A DNA stretch of 64,000 nucleotides from Blastocatellia bacterium (lineage in GTDB: Bacteria > Acidobacteriota > Blastocatellia > RBC074): assembly GCA_031409955.1 (NCBI GenBank), contig JANNYF010000152.1, positions 7,070 through 71,069 of the forward strand, written 5' to 3'. The notes below the pieces were generated by a model that was not told the origin of the DNA, did no database searches, and saw only the letters and a program-made list of their open reading frames with translations. Shown one piece after another: positions 9,976 to 21,325 of this stretch. The translations under genes were made by a program, and so were the position numbers. Each line of letters starts with the position of its first letter. Position 1 is the stretch's first letter.

Positions 9976-11229
9976 TCACCTCGAATCACCTTCCATCACC
10001 CATTCTTCATTGAAATGCGCGTGCTTGATGGCTTTGCGCATCGGCTTGCCGCCTTTGTCCAAGCTCACTTCTTTTTTGTTCAGGAAATAGCTGTAAGTTG
10101 CGTGCAACGTGCCGTCTTTGCTTTGCATGATGGACGGGTAGTGAAACGAACTGGCTTCGGCTCCTGAAGCGTCAAGTTCAAGATGACGTTTCCACTTCCA
10201 GGTTTTGCCTTCATCGTCGGAAATGGCTACGGCGAGGCTGTGGCGACCGCGTTCGAGGTCGTTGTAAATCAGCGCCCAATGCCCATTGCGCAGGCCAATG
10301 ATCTCTGCGCCAGCGCCGGGATTCGGATGTTCGCTGTCGGTCACGGGCGACCACGTTTCGCCATTGTCTTTCGATTCGCTTTGGTGCAGGCGTTTGGGCG
10401 CAGGGCCGTTGTCGCGCATCAATGTGTACAGCGTGCCGTCCTTTTTGCGCACAATGCTCGGTTGAATATTGCCGCCGCCGACCAACGGCGTGCTGGTGTG
10501 CCAGGTCTTGCCCCAATCATCCGTAATCGCCATCAATGAAATCGAGAAGCCATCGGAATAAAGCGGCACGATTAGGCGCTTGTTGTTCAGGACAAATGGA
10601 TGTGCTCGCGTCATCCAGCCAATGCGGCGTGTGAGCTTGTCCGCCGCCATCTTGCGCATTCGTGCAATGTAGGCTTGCAGATTCTCGCGTGGATACTCCG
10701 ACGACAGCGCATTCGTGCTTTCAAATTGATCCATCACCTTATTCACGCCGTCCACGAATTCCTGCCCTGGCGTGACGTGCAAGACCTCCTGCACATCCCA
10801 TTTCGGCACGCCTTCGCCCGTCCAGCGAGAAGCGATTTTGTACTTCATCAACGCGCTTTCCCACAGGTTTGCCATAATCGTCGGCCACATCAACCAGAGC
10901 CGATTTTGCGGATCAACAAACATCGTGCAGTTCGTGTCGGGATAGCCGGGCGTGTCCGCCATCGTGAAGCGCGGCGACCATTGTTTCGCGCCTTTTTTCA
11001 AGCGCGCGCCTTCGACGATCACGTCATCCGCTGTGCGTTCGCCAGAGCCGTGAAACCAGCAAACGAGCAAATCGCCATTGGGCGCTTCGACAATGCACGA
11101 CGCGTGATTGTGCCAATGTTCAAGCGGGAAAATTAGTTCCGAGGTGAGAAAGGGTTTTGCTTTGGCTTGTCCGAAAACAGTGGTGCAAGCCAATAAACAA
11201 AGGCCGATCAGCGTTAAGATAGTTTTCAT
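9976..11229 (-). CDS. BNR/Asp-box exo-alpha-sialidase-like secreted protein
   Basis: Signal peptide and Asp boxes TDDWGKTW, SKDNGETW, SDDEGKTW; SFHYPS. Confidence 0.88.
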   Translation of the reverse strand: MKTILTLIGLCLLACTTVFGQAKAKPFLTSELIFPLEHWHNHASCIVEAPNGDLLVCWFHGSGERTADDVIVEGARLKKGAKQWSPRFTMADTPGYPDTNCTMFVDPQNRLWLMWPTIMANLWESALMKYKIASRWTGEGVPKWDVQEVLHVTPGQEFVDGVNKVMDQFESTNALSSEYPRENLQAYIARMRKMAADKLTRRIGWMTRAHPFVLNNKRLIVPLYSDGFSISLMAITDDWGKTWHTSTPLVGGGNIQPSIVRKKDGTLYTLMRDNGPAPKRLHQSESKDNGETWSPVTDSEHPNPGAGAEIIGLRNGHWALIYNDLERGRHSLAVAISDDEGKTWKWKRHLELDASGAEASSFHYPSIMQSKDGTLHATYSYFLNKKEVSLDKGGKPMRKAIKHAHFNEEWVMEGDSR

Positions 11230-11239
11230 AATCTCACTC

Positions 11240-12004
11240 CTATTGCAGTAACAACGACGAACACGTCAACCCGCCATCCATCTTTCTGAACTCACTCATC
11301 TCGACTTCCAGCACCGGCAAATCTAGTTGCATTAACTTGTGCTTCAAATCCGGGAACCCTGCCGCCATCACGAGATGATTGTTGATGCGCAAACAATTGG
11401 CGCCGTAATCTTCTTCCGGCAACGTCACGATCTTTTTGTAGCCTTGAAAGTCCGGGCAATTGGCAAATGACTTTGTTGCCACAATCGTGTCGTCGCCCAC
11501 ATAACAAATGCCTGTTTTCAAATGCAAAATGTCTTGCACCACAACCGGCACAACTTCGTAGCCGTGCGGCTGAACGATTTCGCGCAATGCGGATGCGGCT
11601 TCCATTGTCGTGCGGGCCGAAAGTCCAACGTAAAAAGTCTTGCCGATCAAGAGCACATCACCGCCATCCAATGTGACGGAAGCGGGCAGAAATTTAAGCG
11701 CGCGATATTGTTCCAACACCGGAGTGATAGAAGCCGTTTCGCCTCTTCTGCTCGGCGCGCCGGGATTTGTGATGACGGCGAATTCGGCAGTGACGAGCGC
11801 GGTGTCTTCGACAAAACAACCGTCCGGGAAATGTTCGTCGGCTTCCAGGTCGATCACTTCCAAGCCGCATGCCTTGAGCGTCAAGACATATTGCTCATGT
11901 TGTTCAAGAGCCAGCGCAATGTTCGGCGCGCCCCGATTGGCAGTCGTCATGCCGTTGCCAAAAGAGCGACCCGGTTTACGCGTGATGGCGATTTTGTAAT
12001 GCAA
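11240..12004 (-). CDS. Dimethylarginine dimethylaminohydrolase (amidinotransferase superfamily)
   Basis: DGCFVED, DGGDV, HLKTG and GGLTCSS (catalytic Cys). Confidence 0.92.
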   Translation of the reverse strand: MHYKIAITRKPGRSFGNGMTTANRGAPNIALALEQHEQYVLTLKACGLEVIDLEADEHFPDGCFVEDTALVTAEFAVITNPGAPSRRGETASITPVLEQYRALKFLPASVTLDGGDVLLIGKTFYVGLSARTTMEAASALREIVQPHGYEVVPVVVQDILHLKTGICYVGDDTIVATKSFANCPDFQGYKKIVTLPEEDYGANCLRINNHLVMAAGFPDLKHKLMQLDLPVLEVEMSEFRKMDGGLTCSSLLLQ

Positions 12005-12266
12005 GATGCCTCCGTGAATTTTGCATTTTCATGAAGATGGAAATCACGAGTCTGCATTGTGAACACGATCCAGAAGGTTGTCAAAATAACGCAGCAACCC
12101 CCTGTTAATATTGGCTGTCATAACGTATAGCTAACATCAATTTAATATTAGCAAAAACAATTTCCAGCCCTTGCCGAACGCGCTACGGCTTCATACAATC
12201 TGACCCCATCAACAGGACACTCTTCATTAACACACAGGATATTTCTTTCGAGAAGGAGCAATTACA

Positions 12267-15200
12267 ATGAAATACAAATTAGGACGAGGCGTGAGCCTTT
12301 TCTTTTTGCTGCTGGTTTCCCTCGCCGCTTTTGCACAAACGCAAATCACGACGGGCGTCATTCAAGGAACGGTGAGTGATCAGGCGGGCGCGGTGGTGCC
12401 GGGCGCAAACGTTGAGGTCAAAAACCTTGACACCAATCTCGCTAAAACTTTGGCGACCGATGCCGATGGGCGCTTTGTCTTTTTGCAAGTCCAGCCTGGA
12501 CGCTACACGTTGGCGGTAACGAAACAAGGTTATGCCAAACTCTTGCAGCAAAATCTGACGCTGACGGTCGGGCAAACAATCAGTCTGCCGCTACAGATGA
12601 AAGTTTCGGCGGTGGAGGAAACGATCACGATTACTAGCGCGCCGACAATTGACACCGTCAAAACGGAATCCAGTTCGACGCTCAATGAAATCGCCGTTGC
12701 CAACACGCCCGTGCTGGGACGCAAGTTTCTGGACATGCTCACGCTCACGCCGGGCGTCAGTGTGACGCAGGGGCCGGATGGCGATGTTGTCAACTTTGCC
12801 GGACAACGCGGTGTTTTCAATAACATCAGCCTGGACGGCGGCGATTACAACAACGGCTTTTTTGGCGAACAGGTGGGCGGTCAGCGCGCCGCCATTGACA
12901 TCACACTGGATGCGATCAAGGAATTCCAAGTCATCGCCACCGGCGCATCGGCGGAGTTCGGACGCACAGCGGGCGGTGTGGTCAACGTCATCACGAAATC
13001 GGGTACGAATAACTTTCACGGCTCAGTTTTTCACTTTCAACGATTGGAAAATTTGACTGCCAAAACTGCCGATGGCAACTCGCTGAAAGATTTTCATCGG
13101 GAACAATTCGGCGGCACGTTTGGCGGCCCGATTGTGAAAGACAAAGCGTTTTTCTTCGGTGCGTTTGAGCAGATCACCGGCAACTTCTCGCGCGCGAATT
13201 TGAGCGCGCCGATTGGCACACCGTGCAGCGTGCAGACCCCCACGATTCAGGCCAACGAAACGCTCATCAATGGCAGCGCCGATTGCCAACGCCTGGCGCT
13301 GATCAACTTTTTCAAGACGACGCGCCAACAGGACGAAGGCTTGCCGCTGAAGAAGCCCGTCAACACGTCGGCCTTTTTGGGCAAACTGGATTGGAAGTTG
13401 AGTGAGGCGAACGATCTTTCGTTCTCGTATAACTTCAGTCGTTCGCGCAAAGATAACGAGACGTTTGATGTGGCAACCTACGGCAATTCCGCCAACGGAA
13501 CCGAAGGGCCGGGCAAAATCAATGTGCTGAACTGGAATCTGTACACATCACTGTCTAGCACGAAACTGAACGAATTCCACGCGACGTTTTCGCGCGAAGA
13601 CCGTCCGCGAACTGCTGTAAAATCGAATGTTCCGGCAGACACGGCGATGGGCTTTGGGACAACGTTTCGGTTTGGCAATCCGTTCTTTATGCAGCCCGCC
13701 GTGGACGAACGGTTCCAACGCTTTCAGGTGCGCGATAGCTTCTCAATCATTGCCGGAGGGCACAACGTCAAATTCGGTGGCGAATATATTCGCAGCAACA
13801 ACGCGCAAGTCTTTCGCGGCTTTTTCACGGCGCGCTACATCTTCGACAGCGTCACAGGCTTCTTGCGCTACGCTTCACCTGCGAGTTTAGGCGCAGGGTT
13901 TGGGCCAAATATCAAAGGCTGCTCCAACGGTTCTTATGTTGCAGCAACAGGGAATTGTCCGACAGGAACAACGGCGACCGGCGGCCCGTTGTTATTGTAT
14001 TTGCAAGGCGCGGGGCCGAACGGCCCGGCCACTGATGCAGCAGGTGCATCAAACATCAACAATGACGAATTCGCCACTTTCGTGCAGGATAAATGGCAAT
14101 GGCGTCCTGGCTTCACGTGGCAATTGGGCTTGCGCTGGGAAGCACAGGTTCTGCCGAACCCTACCGTTGATCCCGCCAAGACTGCGTATGGTTTGTTCCT
14201 GAAAGACCCGCGCTTTCCGTCGGATGGCACGTTGCCCGATCAATGGAAAATGTTCCAACCGCGCGTCGGTTTTGCGTGGGACATTGCGAACAACAGTAAG
14301 TCGGTGTTGCGCGGTTCGTGGGGCATTTATAACGCGCGGCAAAACATGCTGTCGCAGGTCGGTTCGATCACCACGAACGGCGTGCAGCAACAAACGATCT
14401 TTCGCAATACGGAGCTGATCGGCTTTGGTTTGCCTGCGCCCACGTGGCCGGGTGTTCTGACGCCGACGGCGCAATCGTGCAGCGGGACATTGGGCAGCAA
14501 TCCATTTCCATGCTTTTCGGGCGTGCGTGCTTTCAGCCGCGATTACACGAACCCGCGTATTTACACGACGAATGTGCAGTTCGAACAGCAGATCGCGCCG
14601 GACACCGTGCTGTATCTGGACTTCACACATTCAAAAGGCGTGCGGCTGACACGCTTTTTGAACTACGGACGACTGGGCATCTTCGCGCCGTATCTGGACG
14701 AGACGGCGATCACAAGTTCATTAGGCAAATCGCTGTATCGCGGCTTTACAGTTGGCGTGCGGAAGCGGCTGTCACGCGGTTTCCAAATGGACACGAACTA
14801 TGTGTGGTCGAAAGACCTGGATGACGATTCGAACGAGCGCGATCCGTTCTCAGATCGTGCGTTTGACCTGCGGAATTTGGGGTTAGATTACGCGCTGTCC
14901 GACCGCGACATTCGCCACAAATTCAACTTCCTGATTTATGGCGAATTGCCCGGCGGCTTCCAAGCGAATACCAGGATTCAAGCACGTTCCGCGCAACCGA
15001 TCACGCCGGGCGCACGCACCGCAACCAATCGCAACACGACGCGCAAAGACAACGAATTCTTCTCATTCGATTGGCGTGTTTCGCGTCCGTTCAAATTCGG
15101 CGGCGAACGCTTTGCGTTGATTCCCACGGTGGAGATGTTCAATACCTTGAATAACAAGAACCTCATCAATCCGCTGACGACGCCGGGGTTATTTAATTTC

Positions 15201-15269
15201 GACGGCTTCCTGCGGCAAGGTGTAGGCGATCCGCGTCAGTTGCAATTGGCAGTGAAGTTGACCTTTTAA
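12267..15269 (+). CDS. TonB-dependent receptor with carboxypeptidase-regulatory-like N-terminal domain
   Basis: Signal peptide, GTVSDQAGAVVPGA, EFGRTAGGVVNVITKSGTN and C-terminal PRQLQLAVKLTF. Confidence 0.95.
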   Translation: MKYKLGRGVSLFFLLLVSLAAFAQTQITTGVIQGTVSDQAGAVVPGANVEVKNLDTNLAKTLATDADGRFVFLQVQPGRYTLAVTKQGYAKLLQQNLTLTVGQTISLPLQMKVSAVEETITITSAPTIDTVKTESSSTLNEIAVANTPVLGRKFLDMLTLTPGVSVTQGPDGDVVNFAGQRGVFNNISLDGGDYNNGFFGEQVGGQRAAIDITLDAIKEFQVIATGASAEFGRTAGGVVNVITKSGTNNFHGSVFHFQRLENLTAKTADGNSLKDFHREQFGGTFGGPIVKDKAFFFGAFEQITGNFSRANLSAPIGTPCSVQTPTIQANETLINGSADCQRLALINFFKTTRQQDEGLPLKKPVNTSAFLGKLDWKLSEANDLSFSYNFSRSRKDNETFDVATYGNSANGTEGPGKINVLNWNLYTSLSSTKLNEFHATFSREDRPRTAVKSNVPADTAMGFGTTFRFGNPFFMQPAVDERFQRFQVRDSFSIIAGGHNVKFGGEYIRSNNAQVFRGFFTARYIFDSVTGFLRYASPASLGAGFGPNIKGCSNGSYVAATGNCPTGTTATGGPLLLYLQGAGPNGPATDAAGASNINNDEFATFVQDKWQWRPGFTWQLGLRWEAQVLPNPTVDPAKTAYGLFLKDPRFPSDGTLPDQWKMFQPRVGFAWDIANNSKSVLRGSWGIYNARQNMLSQVGSITTNGVQQQTIFRNTELIGFGLPAPTWPGVLTPTAQSCSGTLGSNPFPCFSGVRAFSRDYTNPRIYTTNVQFEQQIAPDTVLYLDFTHSKGVRLTRFLNYGRLGIFAPYLDETAITSSLGKSLYRGFTVGVRKRLSRGFQMDTNYVWSKDLDDDSNERDPFSDRAFDLRNLGLDYALSDRDIRHKFNFLIYGELPGGFQANTRIQARSAQPITPGARTATNRNTTRKDNEFFSFDWRVSRPFKFGGERFALIPTVEMFNTLNNKNLINPLTTPGLFNFDGFLRQGVGDPRQLQLAVKLTF

Positions 15270-15494
15270 CTCTATTGCTGCTTTTCCAACGCCAAGATAC
15301 TAACAGTTCATAGCTGACTTTTTTCTAAGGCGGTTAGTATCCTGGTGTTTTGATTTGTTTGATTTGACTTTAGCGGTATTGGCGGCTTCATCAGGCATTT
15401 GGTCACCAGCGATGCTACGGTGACGCCGACCCTCTATCTATTACCGCATTTTGTTTGGGAACATTGCCTGAAGTGATGGCAATCTTTGCTCTTC

Positions 15495-15590
15495 TTAATG
15501 GATTTGTGTGAGCAAGTACCAAATTGTTGCCATCAATAACAAGAAGGTGAGCAGGCTCAAAGAGCCAAAGGCTAAGACATCTCGGCGCAT
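15495..15590 (-). CDS. Possible 31-aa single-TM small protein
   Basis: MRRDVLAFGSLSLLTFLLLMATIWYLLTQIH; not in the ORF track; weak RBS. Confidence 0.3.
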   Translation of the reverse strand: MRRDVLAFGSLSLLTFLLLMATIWYLLTQIH

Positions 15591-16100
15591 AGATTCTTGG
15601 TGATTTTCCGTTGAAAAAAAAGGCGCGGACAAATTCCCCCTAATCCTAACTCTTGCCCGCGCCTGCAACTTGCATCAGCAAATCAGCTTTAAATTAATCC
15701 TCGACTGGGTCCCGGTTCTCACGGCTTACCACCGTTACACGATGGCACCTCTTCTCCCCCAAGCAAGAGATGCTCTAATCCATTGCAAAACTTTCACTAA
15801 CGCTCCCCCCGGGGCGCTGTTCTATTAGTTAAGCAATGAGCCGCTATAACGGATAGTCGAAGACCGCAGAGCCAACCGAGCATTTCCCCGCGAAGTGAAG
15901 CAAAAGAGTTTCTTTCCACTTCAATCCGACAAGAGGAGTCTAGGTTAGGTGTGTTAGAGACAAGTGAAGTTGAATTTAAGTCTTTGAAAAATAGTCTGAC
16001 GTCAAGTATGAAAGCCGAAAGTCAAAGACAATCCTTTCGGCAATGGCTCAGTGCGGAGAGGCCGCACTGAAGGTTCGACAAACTTCAGGTTGTCACGGGC

Positions 16101-16232
16101 ATAGAGAAAGCCTTCCTGCGAGCTGGACACGTTGAGCTTGAATTGCTAGCCCGGTTCAAAAATCTCACGACCCGAAGCTTGAAATTCGGCTTGATAAGGT
16201 TTTCCGCCACGGTATTTCTGCACGGTCAGGAA
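16101..16232 (-). pseudogene. Fragment resembling the DUF4384-like C-terminal domain of acidobacterial Ser/Thr kinases
   Basis: FLTVQKYRGGKPYQAEFQASGREIFEPG*QFKLNVSSSQEGFLY with an in-frame TAG at 16146-16148. The family resemblance is from recall. Confidence 0.45.
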
Positions 16233-16337
16233 GCAGCTCGTGCCCCTTGCCAAACGGTCACGCCAGTGACGACGGCATCAATGCTCCCATCAACTAGACC
16301 TGCTTGCGACGGGCGTTCAGGCGTCAGGTGGTTGCGC

Positions 16338-16505
16338 TCAGATGTTGATGTAACCGGGCCTCTGCCGCGCGCCCGCCAGATAGCCGTGCGCCAGCCGGTG
16401 CAATTCGCGGTACACAGTAGCGTCAGTTGCGCCAGTGCAGCTTGCTCTCCCTGATTCCAGGCAACCAGCCATTCGGTGATATTCGGTGTTTTCGAGGATT
16501 CTATA
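16338..16505 (-). pseudogene. ECF-type sigma factor N-terminal remnant (TIGR02999/ECF43-like)
   Basis: NITEWLVAWNQGEQAALAQLTLL, then a frameshift into VYRELHRLAHGYLAG; stops shortly after. Confidence 0.7.
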
Positions 16506-16645
16506 ACCGCGTCGGTTCGCTGCAGCGAAAGCCATGATAAGGTAGCACAAAGGAAGTTTTTTTGAGTCTGTCCCCGGCGGTGCAGAGGCGTACCTGTTTC
16601 GCCACATCATTCATGAGTGGACGGACGAACAAAGAGAACCAAGCA

Positions 16646-16996
16646 ATGACTACAACAAAAGACGTCTTAGAGCACCACCTAAAATGTTTTGGCGCAGGCG
16701 ACCTCGCAGGCACCTTATCCGATTACATACCAGATGCCGTGCTGTTCCTGCCGGACGGCCCGCGCAAGGGAGTGGACGCGATGAGTCCCGTATTTCAGGC
16801 AATATTCGCCGAGTTCGCCAAACCGGGCGCGACGTTCAGCATGCAACAACTGTCCGTCGAAGGCGACTATGCGTATGTGTTGTGGACAGCAGAAACCGCC
16901 GACAACGTGTATGAACTGGGCACCGACACGTTCGTCATCCGCGACGGCAAAATCATAGCCCAATCATTCGCGGGCAAAATTAGGCCTAAAGGCTGA
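16646..16996 (+). CDS. NTF2/SnoaL-like protein
   Basis: VLEHHLKCFGAGDLAGTLSDY...GTDTFVIRDGKIIAQSF. Confidence 0.88.
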   Translation: MTTTKDVLEHHLKCFGAGDLAGTLSDYIPDAVLFLPDGPRKGVDAMSPVFQAIFAEFAKPGATFSMQQLSVEGDYAYVLWTAETADNVYELGTDTFVIRDGKIIAQSFAGKIRPKG

Positions 16997-17012
16997 AAAC
17001 ATATCGGCGAAA

Positions 17013-17091
17013 GTAGCGCAACTTGCCGAGGTTGCGGTGCTGCTCAACTCGCCTCTGGTCGAAACACCGCAACCTCGGCAGGTTGCGCTAC
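17013..17091. repeat. REP doublet (REPIN-like) with GTAG ends
   Basis: 27-bp arms at 17013-17039 and 17065-17091 in inverted orientation with 1 mismatch; each is GTAG plus an internal palindrome CGCAAC..GTTGCG. Confidence 0.8.
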
Positions 17092-17111
17092 GCTTACTTT
17101 GGAGACAACCA

Positions 17112-17891
17112 ATGAATCAGAAACCAAGACTGGCTGGCAAAGTTGCCATTATCACCGGAGCTACTGGCGGCATCGGTGAAGCGACCGCAAAACTGTTCCT
17201 GCAAGAAGGCGCGAGCGTCATGCTCGTAGGCCGTTCGGCAGACAAACTCAAAGAAACCCACGACCGACTGGCTGTAGACACAGGCCTCGCTCATTTTGTC
17301 GCCGATGCGGCAGATGAAGAAGCGACGGCGGCGGCAGTCGCGGCCACCGTTGCAGCCTTTGGCGGCGTAGACATCCTGTTCGCCAATGCGGGCACGGAAG
17401 GAAAGACCAATCCGATTGAAGCAACCAGCCGGGCAGACTTTGAGGAGGTGTTGCGCACAAACGTCATCGGCGTGTGGCTGGCAATGAAATACTGCGTCGA
17501 GCCGATGAAACAACGCGGCGGGGGTTCGATGATCGCCGTGTCTTCCATCGCAGGGGCCATCGGTTTCCCAGGCATGGCTCCCTACATCGCCAGCAAACAT
17601 GCGGTCAACGGTCTGGTCAAAACGGCGGCGTTGGAATTGGGTGCATCGGCAATACGCGTCAATGCCATTGCGCCGGGGCCTATCGAGAATCGAATGATGC
17701 GCTCGCTTGAATCGCAACTCGCGCCGGAAAATCCTGAAGCTATGCACGAGGGGGTCGCGACGCAAATTGCCCTGAAGCGTTACGGTACAAACGAAGAAGT
17801 CGCCCACCTCGCGCTGTTTCTGGCGAGCGATGAATCGTCGTATTGCTCCGGCGGAATTCACATGATTGATGGCGGATATACGGCTGCATAA
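17112..17891 (+). CDS. SDR family oxidoreductase
   Basis: TGATGGIG, NAG, YIASK, IRVNAIAPG, DGG; SD GGAG before the ATG at 17112. Confidence 0.95.
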   Translation: MNQKPRLAGKVAIITGATGGIGEATAKLFLQEGASVMLVGRSADKLKETHDRLAVDTGLAHFVADAADEEATAAAVAATVAAFGGVDILFANAGTEGKTNPIEATSRADFEEVLRTNVIGVWLAMKYCVEPMKQRGGGSMIAVSSIAGAIGFPGMAPYIASKHAVNGLVKTAALELGASAIRVNAIAPGPIENRMMRSLESQLAPENPEAMHEGVATQIALKRYGTNEEVAHLALFLASDESSYCSGGIHMIDGGYTAA

Positions 17892-18155
17892 TCGCACGGA
17901 GTAAAGCGGGCTATAGAATTCAAGAAAACGTTCATCCACGAAGTCACACCAAGTAGCACGAAGAAAAGCAGGAATCGCGTTTCTCAAAACATTGTAGGGA
18001 TGGGCGATGTCCTGGAGGATCGAAGTCATCATCATTGGTGGCAAGATGATTTACTCCCAGTTTTTCCATTACCGCCAGCGTCAGCGAATCGTTGGTCAGC
18101 AGACGCCGTTGCGGTGCAAGCTCCGCGCCGCGGTAGGCATAGGAAATAATTCCAC

Positions 18156-18264
18156 GTCGCGTTAGCGACGTCTGAATTCAACTGTCGCTGACGCGACATG
18201 CTGCTCATCGCGTAGCTTTCCGTGCAGTTCAATCCACGGCTAAATTCAGCCGCCGCTTACGCGG
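18156..18264. repeat. REP-like palindromic cluster
   Basis: GTCGCGTTAGCGAC / GTCGCTGACGCGAC inverted pair, plus a 34-bp unit at 18231-18264 that recurs at 19758-19791. Confidence 0.65.
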
Positions 18265-18354
18265 TGAAGAAACCGATAATCCAGCCATCAAAAAGCGAAT
18301 GTCTGATTATTCTCAATGCCAAAAGGCACAATTCACATTTCTGGAGAACCCAAT

Positions 18355-19629
18355 ATGAAACTCAGGTTTTTAATCGCTTCACTGCTCGTCTGTTTGTTTG
18401 CCATTCTCGCCTTTGCGCAACCACCCAAAGTCATCGCCATCAAAGCCGGACGCGTGCTGGACGTACGCACCGGGCAGATGCTCAACAACGTGTTCATCCT
18501 GATCGAAGGTGAACGCATCACGGCTGTCGGCGCAAACGTCACAGTTCCGGCGGGCGCGGAAGTCATTGATCTGAAAACGATGACTGTGGTACCGGGCTTG
18601 ATTGATTGCCACACGCATTTGACCTATGCGCCGGAGTTGTTCGGTGTGAAAGGCATGACGCAATCCATCCCGCGCCAAACGCTGACAGGAGCAAAGAACG
18701 CGCGCCTCACGTTGCTGGCGGGCTTCACAACTGTGCGTGACGTAGGCGCGTCTGGCTATTCTGACATTGCCTTGCGCGATGCGATCAATGCCGGAGACGT
18801 GCCCGGCCCGCGCATCGTTGCCTCTGGCCCTGCGCTCGGCATTACGGGCGGGCATTGCGATGACAATTACTTGCCGTGGGAGTTTCATCAACGCGCCGCA
18901 GGCGTTGCCGACGGCGTCGAAAACGTCATGGCCAAAACGCGCGAGGTCATCAAATACGGCGCGAACGTCATCAAGTTTTGTTCGACGGGCGGCGTGCTGT
19001 CGCTCGGCGATGATCCGAAAGCCGCTGAATTCACGCTGGAAGAAATGAAGACCATTGTCGCCGAAGCGCATCGGCTCGGACGCAAAGTCGCTGCCCATGC
19101 GCACGGTGGCGAAGGCTTGAAACAGGCCGTGTTAGCGGGCGTGGATTCCATCGAACACGGCTCGTATATTGACGACGAAGGCATCCGGTTGATGAAAGAG
19201 AAAGGCACCTACCTCGTGCCGACGATTTATCTGACCGAATGGTTTATGGAGAATTACGAAAAGCTCGGTCTGCCGCCGCAGATCATCGCCAAAGCCAAAG
19301 AGGTCATGCCCGCGATGAAAAAGAATCTCCGGCATGCCATTCAACAAGGCGTTCCCGTAGCCTTTGGCACCGACGCTGCCGTCTACCCGCACGGACTGAA
19401 TGCGCGCGAATTCGCCGTGCTGGTGCGGATGGGATTGACGCCTGTGCAGGCCATTCAAACCGCTACGGTCAACGCGTCGAAATTGGTTGGCAGAGCAGAC
19501 AGCATTGGCGCCATCGAAGCGGGCAAATTCGCCGACCTGATTGCCGTCGAAGGCGACCCGACCAAAGATGTAACCGAACTGGAACGCATCAAGTTCGTGA
19601 TGAAAGGCGGCGTGGTCGTGCAGAAGTAA
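18355..19629 (+). CDS. Amidohydrolase family protein (Xaa-Pro dipeptidase-like)
   Basis: Signal peptide, [29 protein letters not shown]. Confidence 0.93.
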   Translation: MKLRFLIASLLVCLFAILAFAQPPKVIAIKAGRVLDVRTGQMLNNVFILIEGERITAVGANVTVPAGAEVIDLKTMTVVPGLIDCHTHLTYAPELFGVKGMTQSIPRQTLTGAKNARLTLLAGFTTVRDVGASGYSDIALRDAINAGDVPGPRIVASGPALGITGGHCDDNYLPWEFHQRAAGVADGVENVMAKTREVIKYGANVIKFCSTGGVLSLGDDPKAAEFTLEEMKTIVAEAHRLGRKVAAHAHGGEGLKQAVLAGVDSIEHGSYIDDEGIRLMKEKGTYLVPTIYLTEWFMENYEKLGLPPQIIAKAKEVMPAMKKNLRHAIQQGVPVAFGTDAAVYPHGLNAREFAVLVRMGLTPVQAIQTATVNASKLVGRADSIGAIEAGKFADLIAVEGDPTKDVTELERIKFVMKGGVVVQK

Positions 19630-19757
19630 GGAACGCGAAAAGCTTTAGCGGAAGCAAAAAGGAAGATAGATTTGTTTTTTCATTGGGCTAAAGCCACTGC
19701 TGTTCGCCATTCTCCACTAGCTCAAGCTAGGGGCAATTCATAATCTTCCCGGATTGA

Positions 19758-19791
19758 AATCCACGGCTACAATCAACCGCCGCTCGCGCGG
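19758..19791 (+). repeat. Second copy of 34-bp REP-like unit
   Basis: 29/34 identical to 18231-18264 by hand alignment. Confidence 0.65.
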
Positions 19792-19811
19792 CAAAGCGGG
19801 GTAAGATCAAC

Positions 19812-21254
<1,443 letters not shown>

Positions 21255-21325
21255 AGGAAAAGCGGCGATCAGCAGTCACGCAACCAGCCCTGGCCCGCCT
21301 GAGCGTCATCGCAAAGCCCTTCGTT

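Noticed and set aside
16014-16071. Two adjacent hairpins (GCCGAAAG/CTTTCGGC; TCAGTGCGG/CCGCACTGA) as riboswitch or ncRNA
   Set aside because: I could not match them to any riboswitch consensus; an Infernal/Rfam scan would be needed.
17094-18044. 316-aa minus-strand ORF
   Set aside because: Antisense to the SDR gene; long antisense frames are common opposite SDRs.
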